Shown here one piece after another: positions 38,901 to 49,119 of a DNA stretch of 64,000 bases. A program made the translations under genes and the position numbers. The notes beneath the pieces were generated by a model. It worked only from the letters and a program-made list of their open reading frames with translations. It had not been told where the DNA came from and did not search any database. Position 1 is the stretch's first letter; the number at the start of each line of letters is the position of its first letter. Source of the stretch: Eledone cirrhosa. Its lineage: Eukaryota. The stretch is from the NCBI GenBank assembly GCA_964016885.1, contig OZ024759.1:4526001-4590000 (forward strand). Reading direction: 5' to 3'.

Positions 38901-39427
38901 TCGGCCAGGTCAAATCGGCCGATTAACCTTTTGAGGCTTTTACACCCCCCTCTATTGGCACATGCCCCTACATAGTCCCAACGTGCATCCAGGATACCAT
39001 TCCAGTCCCCCACTAAAAGCAAGGAGCGGGACGTTCCCAGAAAAGTTTCCAGACGTTGGAAGTATTCCGGCCGCGCTGCCCAAAAAGGGGCGTACACAGC
39101 TATTAGTCTAAGGGCTCCACTTTCACTACTGCCGACGTCTAAAACCACCAGTCGACCCTCCGGGTCCAGGTGCACCTTCTGTATGGCGAGGCCCAGGTGT
39201 TTTCGCAGCAGAACGACAACTCCACCCCCACCCCCCGGTTGACAGAGAGATGCGAAGATCTCAAAGTCGTCGAAGAGGGGCGCCAGTTGGTGCTCGCTGC
39301 TGATCCTGGACTCGCAAATAGCCATTACATCCATTCTATGCGACCTGAGATCGTTTAAAAGTTTGCCTTGTTTCCAAGACAGTCCCAGGCCACGTACATT
39401 CAGACACCCAACTCTTATATCAGCCAT
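35990..39427 (-). CDS. LINE ORF2: APE endonuclease + reverse transcriptase + C-terminal Cys/His motif (1145 aa, uninterrupted)
   Basis: LNVRGL, GDWN, SYLDR, SDH, KSPGLDGL, FRPITLLN, DQSKAFDRV, RQGCPLS, YADD, CPRC-x8-HAFVHC. Confidence 0.95.
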   Translation of the reverse strand: MADIRVGCLNVRGLGLSWKQGKLLNDLRSHRMDVMAICESRISSEHQLAPLFDDFEIFASLCQPGGGGGVVVLLRKHLGLAIQKVHLDPEGRLVVLDVGSSESGALRLIAVYAPFWAARPEYFQRLETFLGTSRSLLLVGDWNGILDARWDYVGACANRGGCKSLKRLIGRFDLADRYRLDFPTVPLWTWTNRSGTSRSYLDRVLVRENDRDTFSCPKMFMVDYSDHKLVTCIANLDRTHRQGPGYWKLNLSLPRSKAYSKRISTLVKQSLTGAIVNNRWWSSLKRAIRIESIGFSQELARDRNKTERELVDRVEEAIRSGNVAGVLASRMALDQFFEVKHEGCVVRSKIRALGNEGAKAVSWARVTEAKSGNKSTIRSLKDQDGRVILEPGQICAAFQRHFARLFERSGAPGETMDFNPYLDGLPRLSDAEAKSCERTISAAEIGAALSQCGKRKSPGLDGLPYELYVAMPDLFSDILEAVYCNWQQNGRIPSSVTKGVVTLVRKDENKGDDISNFRPITLLNTELKILAKVLAKRLALVVGNLVGEAQTCAIPSRSIHDNLHLMRYIIERVGNEPGFGGALINLDQSKAFDRVDHRYLDAVLAAAGFGPVFRGWIAAMHSSNVCSRVKVNGHLSEPFQIMRSIRQGCPLSSLLYVLALEPLLRKLERLQGIPLEPGLQKAASAYADDVTVMVSKTSQIGEIGTLLEEYERFTGAKLNRDKSVGLQLGTWRGKPMPSNDVVGRWTEGPVKLLGVWFGPDLQVEKNWNEVTARVFALTQKWAQCKLSLKGRAEVANTYIASVIYYRLTVVPCPVKRLAKMECALFQFLWNKRTPLVRRSICCQHPSKGGLGMPWLQMRKHALRLRHLQVFLTGQPVWAPFVRRAFPRLVSLTELQSWVKQRPRKVGDWHIECAQALTALWKADPAISGDSTSTFYRGLVRSRCDDALGEALGMEEDELASLFGRTFGPGPMDNFQKSLAWQCYRGALPVRDKLHRHGSLGRDPLNKICPRCVHDDETVAHAFVHCPGIADLWGYVERLLSRVGPIRLTTESIVTIKPPPPFKNEGEAVFLCVVAMAKEVVWWTRLKGLRSDTFLSGQQLIPFFKYHFKRRIRMEREVLYPSKFYERWVKVGRMARVNGSSLYISL

Positions 39428-39448
39428 GTTGGTTAAAAGAGGAAGGAC

Positions 39449-41184
39449 CTACCTGTTCGGCTCCTGAGGAGCAGGTTGCACAATATCCATGGGCGTATTG
39501 GAGGGGTTGTTTGGTGGGGTGTTGTTCTGTGGTGGAGTGGGGGTGTTTGGTGAGGTGTGGGTGGGGAAACGTTTCAAGAGGACGCGGTTATAGGGTCGAG
39601 TACATGTTTTCCCCACGTCCTCAGGAAAGTTCTCTCTTAGTTTTGCATAGGTGTCCATTGGGAGTCTTATCATTTTTAAATGCGGTTTGTTGGCCGCGCT
39701 TGCAAAGAATTGTCCTTCAGTTTCCACCAAAGGGTCTTTGTGTATTGTTTTTACTAGTTCTTTGTTATTTGTGTTAATGTATGTATACTGTTTTATTTGT
39801 GTTGTGTTTGTTTGTTGTTCTTGTGTGTGCTTACGTTTTGTTGTATGTGTTATGTTTTGGGGTGGGGCGGATTTTGTTTGTTCTGTTTGTTTTGTTTTTG
39901 TTGGTGGTTGTGTGTTTGTTTCGTTTATGTTCGAGTGGTGCTTTCTTTTTTTCCTTTTTACAGGTTGGAAGGGTTCCTCTTCTTCGTCACTAGGTGCCGT
40001 TTCAGCTGGGTCCTCGTCCGTGTTGTCGGGTAGTGGTGTATTTTGGGGTTTTGTTGTATTTGTGTGTGTTTTGGGAGTTGTTTTGGGTGGGGCCGTGTCT
40101 TGTGTTATTTTTCCGTGTTGTTTTTGTTGTTGTTGTGGTGGTGGTGGAGGTGGTGGTGGTGGTGGTGGCGGTGGTGGTGTGTGGGGTGTAGGCAAAAGAG
40201 CCTTTTTTTTGTCAATTGAGGACAAGCAGCCCTTAGATGACCCCTGCTTGAACAGTAGTAACATATGGGCCTCCTACCCTCGGCTGAAATGTATATAAAT
40301 GTTTCTCCATCGAGGGACACCCTCTGTGGTATTCTAGCTATTCGTTCTGATCTCATTTGGACCAGAACCTCCACGCTCAAACCGCCGAAAACGTCTGTGG
40401 TGACTTCTCCTACTGAGAGGATTCCGTCCTCGTCTTCTAAAAATCCTGTTAGTACCCAGGAAATGCATGCATTTGGCCGGATTCCGGAGACCCTTATCTT
40501 CTGCGTTCTTTTCCCTAAATATGTGGGGAAAAATTTATGTAGCTTGGAAACAATTGGCGCCACAGAGTATTTCCTGGCCGTCAATTGATCCTTCATTAGG
40601 ACCGTTATATTCCCATAGAGTGGCCCTTTTTGTATGAACGATATATCACTCCACACATTTTTTAGGACCAGCTCAATCTCTTTTTGGGATAATTGAGCTG
40701 GTTTCCTTGTTATGTTGGAAATTGTTCTGAAAGATATCGTTCTTAGCGTCGTGTCTCTTTTGATTTCTTGTGGGGAGGTGATTGTGAAGTCTCCTCCTTC
40801 TTTGAAAGTTACATACTGTTTCGCTTCCTTCATCTTTTCTCTCAGAGTTGTAATGTCCAGTTGCTTGCAGGTTTGTGTTTTCCGGACCGCCTGTGCAAAG
40901 GAGGCACCAGTAGTGGGTTCGCTTTGTTTGGTGTTATCGTTATTTTTTCCTTGGTTGGTGTTGTGACTATTGCTGTTATTGTCGTTGTTGTTTTTGTCTG
41001 CGTTTATGTGACTTTCTGGGTTTTCACCCATTTTTACAAATTTTTCTTTTAATTCCGTGTTCCATGTTTCTTTTGCAGAAGTGAGGAGGGAAGACTTAGA
41101 GCCTTGTGGTTCTAGCTTCTCTGTATCACCTTTCTTAGGGGGCGTGGCTTTCACGTTAGGATGAGATGTGAAAATTCCGTCCAT
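39449..41184 (-). CDS. LINE ORF1 (gag-like, CCHC), split by a 1-nt shift at an A8 run
   Basis: ATG at 41184 (MDGIFTSH), SFAQAV, CYYCSSRGHLRAAC; continues in the -1 frame as a Pro/Thr-rich tail to a stop just upstream of ORF2. Confidence 0.75.
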
Positions 41185-41228
41185 TTCTATTAGTTTGCAC
41201 ACGTCAACACACGTCTCTCGTATACGAG

Positions 41229-43283
41229 ATGTTATGTGAGATAAAGCCTTTACTGTGAAAATACAATAGTATATATAGAGTAATGTAAATGTTATGTGAG
41301 ATATTATGTGAGGTAAAGCCTTTACTGTGACAATACAATAGTATATATAGAGTAATGTAAATGTTACGTGAGATATTATGTGAGGTAAAGCCTTTACCAA
41401 AAAAATACAATAGTATATATAGAGTAATGTAAATGTTATGTGAGATATTATGTGAGGTAAAGCCTTTACTGTGAAAATACAATAGTATATATAGAGTAAT
41501 GTAAATGTTATGTGAGATATTATGTGAGGTAAAGCCTCTACTGTGAAAATACAATAGTATATAAAGAGTAATGTAAATGTTATGTGAGATATTATGTGAA
41601 GTAAAGCCTTTACTGTGACAATACAATAGTATATATAGAGTAATGTAAATGTTATGTGAGGTATCATGTGAGGAAAAGCCTCTACTGTGACAATACAATA
41701 GTATATATAGAGTCATGTAAATGTTATGTGAGATATTATGTGAGGTAATGCCTTTACCACAAAAATACAATAGTATGTATAGAGTAATGTAAATGTTGTA
41801 TGAGGCATTATGTGAGGTAAAGCCTTTACTGTGAAAATACAATAGTATATATAGAGTCATGTAAATGTTATGTGAGATATTATGTGAGGTAAAGCCTTTA
41901 CTACAAAAATACAATAGTATATATAGAGTAATGTAAATGTTACGTGAGATATTACGTGAGGTAAAGCCTTTACTGTGAAAATACAATAGTATATATAGAG
42001 TCATGTAAATGTTATATGAGGTATTATGTGAGGTAAAGCCTCTACTGTGAAAATACAATAGTATATATAGAGTCATGTAAATGTTATATGAGGTATTATG
42101 TGAGGTAAAGCCTCTACTGTGACAATACAATAGTATATATAGAATAATGTAAATGTTATGTGAGGTATTATTTGAGGTAAAGCCTTTACTGTGACAATAC
42201 AATAGTATATATAGAGTAATGTAAATGTTATGTGAGATATTATGTGAGGTAAAGCCTTTAATGTGACAATACAATAGTATATATAGAGTAATGTAAATGT
42301 TATGTGAGGTAAAGCCTTTACTGTGTAAATACAATAGTATATATAGAGTAATGTAAATGTTATGTGAGATATTATGTGAGGTAAAGCCTTTACTGTGACA
42401 ATACAATAGTATATATAGAGTAATGTAAATGTTATGTGAGGTATTATGTGAGGTAAAGCCTTTACTGTGACAAAACAATAGTATATATAGAGTAATGTAA
42501 ATGTTATGTGAGGTAAAGCCTTTACTGTGTAAATACAATAGTATATATAGAGTAATGTAAATGTTATGTGAGATATTATGTGAGGTAAAGCCTTTACTGT
42601 GAAAATACAATAGTATATATAGAGTAATGTAAATGTTATGTGAAATATTATGTGAGGTAAAGCCTTTACCACAAAAATACAATAGTATATATAGAGTCAT
42701 GTAAATGTTATGTGAGGTATTATGTGAGGTAAAGCCTTTACTGTGAAAATACAATAGTATATATAGAGTAATGTAAATGTTATGTGAGATATTATGTGAG
42801 GTAAAGCCTTTACTGTGACAATACAATAGTATATATAGAGTAATGTAAATGTTATGTGAGGTATTATGTGAGGTAAAGCCTTTACTGTGACAATACAATA
42901 GTATATATAGAGTAATGTAAATGTTATGTGAGATATTATGTAAGATAAAGCCTTTACTGTGAAAATACAATAGTATATATAGAGTAATGTAAATGTTATG
43001 TGAGATATTATGTGAGGTAAAGCCTTTACTGTGACAATACAATAGTATATATAGAGTAATGTAAATGTTATGTGAGGTATTATGTGAGGTAAAGCCTTTA
43101 CTGTGAAAATACAATAGTATATATAGAGTAATGTAAATGTTATGTGAGGTATTATGTGAGGTAAAGCCTTTACTGTGAAAATACAATAGTATATATAGAG
43201 TAATGTAAATGTTATGTAAGGTATTATGTGAAGTAAAGCCTTTACTGTGAAAATACAATAGTATATATAGAGTCATGTAAATG
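41229..43283. repeat. 72-bp minisatellite, about 29 copies (left part at 35548-35752)
   Basis: Unit aaatgttatgtgagatattatgtgaggtaaagcctttactgtgaaaatacaatagtatatatagagtaatgt; some 60-bp variants. Confidence 0.95.
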
Positions 43284-44035
43284 CTAAAGAGTTAAAACAT
43301 AACTTAACAAATGTTCTTACATAAAGTTAGGATAGAAGGTTTTAAGATAGTTATAAACATTTTATCATAAACTAAGATGCGTGGCTTTGTGTTTAGAGTA
43401 TTCGCCTCACAATCGTAAGGTCATGAGTTTGTTTACCAGCGGAGTGTTGTGTCCTTGAGCAAGACACTTTATTTCATATTGTTCCAGTTCACTCAGCTGG
43501 CAAAAATGAGTTGTACCTGTAATTCAAAGGGTCAGCCTTGTCACACTCTGTGTCATGCTGAATCTCCCTGAGAGCTATGTTAACCCTTTAGCATTTAAAC
43601 TGGCCGTATCCGGCCAGAATTTTCTCACCTCTTTCTGTTCAAACCAGCCATAACTGGCTGCTCATACTTATGTGAAGGTATTATTCTCAAAATATATAAT
43701 ATCAAAATCTCATAGATTTGATATTATGTGAGATAATTATGTAAGATAAAGCCTTTACCACAAAAATGTAATATTAGATATGGAGTAATGTAAATGCTAA
43801 AGGGTTAAGGGTATGCATGTCTGTGGAATACTCAGCCACTTGCACGTTAATTTCATGAGCAGGCTGTTCCAGTAATAGTGTCAACTGGAACACTCATTGT
43901 TGTAACCGACAGTGCCAGTTCAAGTTCAAGGGGTAGAGTTGATTCAGACAGTTTGGTATCCAAACAGTTAAACAATTAGGAACATGTGTGTTTCATGCCA
44001 TTTATAAATAAATGTCTTTAGGTGACATTCTAGAA

Positions 44036-45214
44036 CAGAAGTTCTCAAACTTTTTGGGGCCATCGCCCCCCACACGGCCTTGTAATACCATCTAAAACAC
44101 CACACCTATTTCCAGAGAGACCTACCTACAAGCAAATTGTAAATAATATTAAAAAAAGGAACGATTGACTTTCGTCAAATCGGACCGAGGAAACAATGTT
44201 TCCGTTGGTCTTTCCAATTGCTAATACTAACTATCGGTCGCAACTCCAGGTAGAAGGAGCAACGTGAAATAAAGTAAATAATATATAATACATAAAATGG
44301 TTGATATATAATAAATAATTCTTTCTACTTTTGGCACAAGGCCAGCAATTACTCCAGTGTATTACTGGTACTGTATTTTATCGACCCAGTAAAGGTGAAA
44401 GGCAAAATTAACCTAGGAGGGATTTAAACTCAGATAATAAAGGGCCGTAACTCTATGCTGCAAAGCATGGTGTCCTACCTTCTATAATATATCGAAAGTC
44501 GATCAACTTCCATCAAATTGGACCACGGAATCAATGCTTCCATTGGTCTTTCCAATTGCTAATACTATCTATCAGTTGCAACTCCAGGTAGAAAGAACAA
44601 CCTCACAACCTCACGATTGCAAATCCGATTCTCTAATCACTCAGCCTTCACTATCATCATCATTATCATCATTTTACATCCGCTTTTCCCTGCTTGTAAG
44701 GGTGGGACAGGTCTTATTAAACACAGCATCTCTCCATTTGTCACGGTACCTTGTCATCTTCTCCATGAGCTTCAGTGATCTGAGGTCTGCTCTCACCACC
44801 TCTGCCCATGTTTTTCGTGATCTTCCTCTACTCTGTCTTCCTTCTACTGGGATTTCTTGGCAGTTCTTTACCCAGCTGTCATCCACCATGCGCATCACAT
44901 GTCCATACCAACACAGTCTTCTCTCCCACACACTACAACTTATCCCTCTTATACACAGTTTCTCTCTCAACTCGTCTATACTTTGTCGTTCACACACATT
45001 GACATCACACATGCAACAGCATATACTTGCTTCATTTCTATCCACTATATAATATATACTATGTATCAATAAATATCATATAATTTTTTATTTTACTATA
45101 TTTATATATAAAATTTATCATTTGATATTTGATATACTATTATATCGTCTCCACCCCCATCCTTAAGCCCCAGCACCCATCTTGGGGCAGTAGCACCCAC
45201 TTTGAGAACCTCTG
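44036..45214. mobile_element. hAT-like MITE with nested SINE/RTE fragments
   Basis: cagaagttctcaaa...tttgagaacctctg ends; 8-bp flanks TTCTAGAA/TTCTAGAG. Confidence 0.65.
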
Positions 45215-45293
45215 TTCTAGAGGGAAGTGAAATTGTAAAGTGTAACAGGCAAGAAGACAAAATCTTTCCAAACAAACAAAAAAACCAACTTAC

Positions 45294-45551
45294 TATCAAT
45301 ATAGTTATAATATATCCTTAGTTGGGAAATATCGTATGTTTGTCTGAGTTCAAGAGTCCACAATGATGTTGGAGAGCTCATTGTATGAGAACAAGATCTG
45401 TGTTGTGGGTTTTGATCGAAGTTACCATCTACAGCCAGGTTAGCTGACATTGAGTACATTTCATTGCGACAAACATTGTTTTTCATTAGAATTACACTGC
45501 TTGTTTTGTCTGTCGTGGTTTGTGTAGCTACTTTACCAATAGCTATATTTC
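45294..45551 (-). CDS. F-type lectin (FTP/fucolectin-like) domain, N-terminal exon
   Basis: tttcag/gtaagt, 258 nt, phase 1-1: RNIAIGKVATQTT...SANLAVDGNFDQNPQHRSCSHT...WTLELRQTYDISQLRIYYNYID; N-x-A-x-x-K-x-A-x-Q, AVDGN, CSHT and W-x-x-x-L are family hallmarks. Confidence 0.85.
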
Positions 45552-46182
45552 CTGAAAAAGAATGAAAGAAAATTTAATGAAAGTCAATTACTATGAAATG
45601 AAATGGATCTCAGTCAGTTGAAACGATGATTGATCCAGTGGGAAAAGACAAATTGTTTTCTATATACTAAACTTTTGAAATATCTTTTACGTTATCTCTA
45701 AATTATTCCATATTTCCAGTAGAGGCATGTGGCCTAGTGTTAAGTGTGTTGGACTTACAATCATAATGTCATGGGTTCGATTTCTGGGGTGGGTTGTGTG
45801 TTGTGTTCTTGAGCAAAACACTTCATTTCACGTTGCTCCAGTATACTCTGCTGAAAATGAGCACCAGCAATAGCTGTGGAGGGTGTAACCCTGCAATGGA
45901 CTGATGTCCTGTCCAGGAGGAAGTCTTGTACTCACAGTCGCTTTATGCCATGAAACCAGGATAAGCATTGGCCTAATGAGCCTTCAGGCTTGAGACAGTA
46001 TAGTCCTATACGAACGAGACACGGTCACCCGACCAATCTTGCCTCAATTGGGACAACTCCCGACTAACCCATGCTAGCATGGAAGATAGACGTAAACGAT
46101 GATGATGATGATGATGATATAGCAACCTCAGCCTCAACAGCGACAGCAACAACAATGGCATGATAATTAGAAATCTACTTAC

Positions 46183-46326
46183 TATAGGTTTTTACTTGGC
46201 AATCCGGTCCGGTCCATCCTTCTTCCCAGCCATATGGGCAAGCCCCAGTTTGTTGATGGCAGTCAGCATCGTTTAAACAATGGCATTGCTTGTTACAAGT
46301 ATATCCATACCATTGAGATGCACAAC
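46183..46326 (-). CDS. EGF-like exon (MEGF10/CED-1 type)
   Basis: acatag acceptor, gtaagt donor, 144 nt, phase 1-1: GCASQWYGYTCNKQCHCLNDADCHQQTGACPYGWEEGWTGPDCQVKTY. Not in the ORF track. Confidence 0.85.
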
Positions 46327-47447
46327 CTATGTTAAAAGTTAGAATTTATCACACTGATGGACTACATTTCCACAGTTCTCTCTCATCTACAGTTAATTGT
46401 TTCTACTATTTGGCACAAGGTACCAGTAATACACAGGGGTAATTGCTGAATTACCTCAGTGCATTACTGGTGCTTTATTTTATTGACCCCCCCCCCCATA
46501 AGAATGAAAGGCAAACCTTGGCGGGTTTGAAATCAGAACGTAAAGGGCCATAACTCTATGCTGCAAAGCATGGTGTCTGACACTCTACGGATTACTGCCA
46601 ATCCAATAATAATAATTGTTTCTACTTTTGGCACAAGGCCAGCCAGCAATTACCCCCAGTGCATTACTGGTACTTTATTTTATCGACCTCCATAAGAATG
46701 AAAGGCAAAGCTAACTTCAGCAGGATTTGAACTCAGAACGTAAAGGGCCATAATTCTATGCTGCAAAACATGGTGTCTGATGCTCTACGGATTACTGCCA
46801 GTCCAATCCAGCAATTACCCCAGTGCATTACTGGTACTTTATTTTATCGACCCCTGTAAGGATGAAAGGCAAAGTTAACCTCGGCGGGATTTGAACTCAG
46901 AACATAAAGGGCCGTAAACATGATGTCTGACACTCTACCGATTACTGCCAGTCTCACATAATTATCTCACCTAATATTATGGTCTGAGTTCAAATCCCGT
47001 CGAGGATAACTTTGCCATTCATCCTTACGGGGGTCGATAAAATAAAGTACCAGTAATACACTGGGGTAATTGCTGGCCTTGTGCCCCCAAAAGTAGAAAC
47101 ATAATATTGAATATATTAGATTTTGATATTATCTATTTTGAGAACATTATCTTAACATTAATAAGGACGGTGGGTTGGCAGTATCGGTGGAGGGTCGGAC
47201 GCCATGCTTTCCAGCATAGAGTTACGGCCCTTTACGATCTGAGTAATGCACTGGGTAATTGCTGGCCTTGTGCCTAAAGTAGAAACAATTATCTTAACAT
47301 GAATATGAACGGCTGGTTACAGCCAGTTTGAACAGAAAGAGGTGAGAGAATTCTGGCCAGATACAGTCGCTTTAAATGCTAAAGGGTTAACAGTCACAGT
47401 TTGTAGAGATTAACAACTAAAGTTTGAATGAATAAAGATCAACAGAC

Positions 47448-47597
47448 CTGATAATGATAATGTTTCGATACAGGTACCCTCTCCTTTTATAGAAATAGAC
47501 CAAGCGTTTACATCCCCTGAACAGCTCAAAGGTCTGGTTGTACATATTGATGTACAAAAGGGTTCCTTATTTTTGCCAAAAAATACTGAAACTGTCT
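47448..47597 (-). CDS. Most 5' recognised exon of the F-type-lectin/EGF-repeat gene (Cys-containing segment)
   Basis: tttcag acceptor, gtctgt donor, 150 nt, phase 1-1, open: ETVSVFFGKNKEPFCTSICTTRPLSCSGDVNAWSISIKGEGTCIETLSLSG; joins in frame to the next exon. Start/signal-peptide exon not found. Confidence 0.6.
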
Positions 47598-47637
47598 CTG
47601 AAATGAGAAGTGTAAATATATATATATATTTATATAT

Positions 47638-48950
47638 AACGGAGGAAATGTGGTAAGGAACCAGGTGGACCATAACGCACCAAAGTACTCAATACTTAGG
47701 GTAGTAGAGTGGGTAATAGGAACGAGTAGGACCCCGACGGCTGAGCTCAAGCCGTTTCGACGGCTAATTCTGGACTAAATGAACATTTTTATCCTGGTAT
47801 TTGAATAGCCGAGCTTCTAAAGGGGTAATTCCATATATGGTAAAAGTGATTGTCACGAGGATTGGTCAAAAGTTTGTTGTTGAGACATAATAATTCTATG
47901 ATGGCAATTTGTGGAGGGAAGGGGTAGCTGAACCTGCCAGTAGGAGAAAGAGGGAGAGGAGGTGGAGGAGACCCAGTCATGCGTTGATAGTGCCGACTAC
48001 AGCTGGGCATGAGGTCAAAGAGGATACTAGGGAGGGGGAGGGGGAAGAAGTCGAAACAATTAGTAAAACAATTAGTAAAACAATATGGGGTAAATATATA
48101 GAAAAATACCGAGAGTGTTAAAAAGCAATTAAATGTAAAAAAGAAAAAAAATAAACAAATCGACCTAAGTCTCTCACTGGTACTGCTAGGCTAAAGAAAG
48201 GTTTACTAGGTGGGACGGAATTATAATGAGACCCTTTTAAGAGGTATAAGTAATAAACCAAGTATATCTTACGGTGACGGGTCAACAAGTGAGGGGCCAA
48301 AATACTAAAGAAACTACCACGAAATAATAAATAAAGGTTTCTACCCCAGGCACAAGGCCAGCAACCACCCAGTGCAAAAAGTAAACTAATACGAAATAAT
48401 AATTCAGAGTCCCGAAAAAGAATACTAATACTATCTCTAAGGGTGCCGCCACGATACAAAAGTTCTAGTGCAAACTACATAAAAGCTCGTACGAAGTATA
48501 TGTAAAATTTGATACGGAAAATTAGTTCAGAATCCCCCCCCCCCCAGTAGCGGTGTTGTAGTGGGAAGTGTTTTTCAATGAGCCTAAAGAAGATTTTCCC
48601 GATAGGAGTTGTCACCTCGGCGTTGTGGGGAGGATTGAACTGGTTACTGCATGTAAACACAGATTGCGTAGGACTTACCTCGCCCTAAAACCCCATAATG
48701 ACCCGTGGGGTAGACTAGGGCTATAACACCCCACTTGCCGATTTTGTAATGGGTAACCCCTGCTTGCAAAGGTAGACGTAAGATCTTTTATATCTTTTTA
48801 TCGCTTCCTCTATATTTCCTTCTTCTCCCCATCCCTCCCTAGTCCTTCCACCCCAGTCCTCTTTCTTTGTCGTCGTCCTTTTCATTTTCTCGCCCACCCG
48901 AGGCAGCCCCTCGGTCCTTTGTAGCTTCAGTAGCCCCACCCCCTTCCCCT
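47638..48950 (-). mobile_element. Degraded Penelope-like element bounded by (TA)n
   Basis: FNPPHNAEVTTPIGKIFFRLIEKHFP resembles the conserved RT-to-GIY-YIG linker; variant hammerhead at 47731-47826 lies downstream on the same strand. Confidence 0.65.
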
Positions 48951-49119
48951 ATTCTATATATATATATATATATGTGTGGAAAAAATGAAACGAAATTTCA
49001 TTTCTCACTCTTAGTGCGGCTGTTACTTAAATATAAAGTATGTATACATACATACATATATGTATACAGACGTACAGTAGTATATATACATGCACACATA
49101 TATATATGTACGTATGGCA

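Larger units (their letters stand above)
35753..41228 (-). mobile_element. Tx1/L1-clade LINE, apparently full length
   Basis: ORF1 with CCHC knuckle, ORF2 APE-RT-zinc finger, 3' UTR ending AATAAAGAAACC; inserted in the 72-bp array. Confidence 0.93.
35169..43295. mobile_element. Same piggyBac-like MITE expanded to about 8.1 kb by a SINE, a 72-bp array and the Tx1-like LINE
   Basis: Left end ttaaccgtttagcattta, right end taaatgctaaagagttaa; internal pieces collinear with the 43580-43808 copy. Confidence 0.75.

Noticed and set aside
41204-43276. 690-aa ORF and the N-terminal extension of the 520-aa ORF
   Set aside because: Translation of the 72-bp satellite; the real ORF1 probably starts at 41184.
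1854-47597. Assigning a gene symbol such as MEGF10, SCARF1 or a PTPR
   Set aside because: Only shared module types are visible; no TM or cytoplasmic domains, and orthology cannot be judged.
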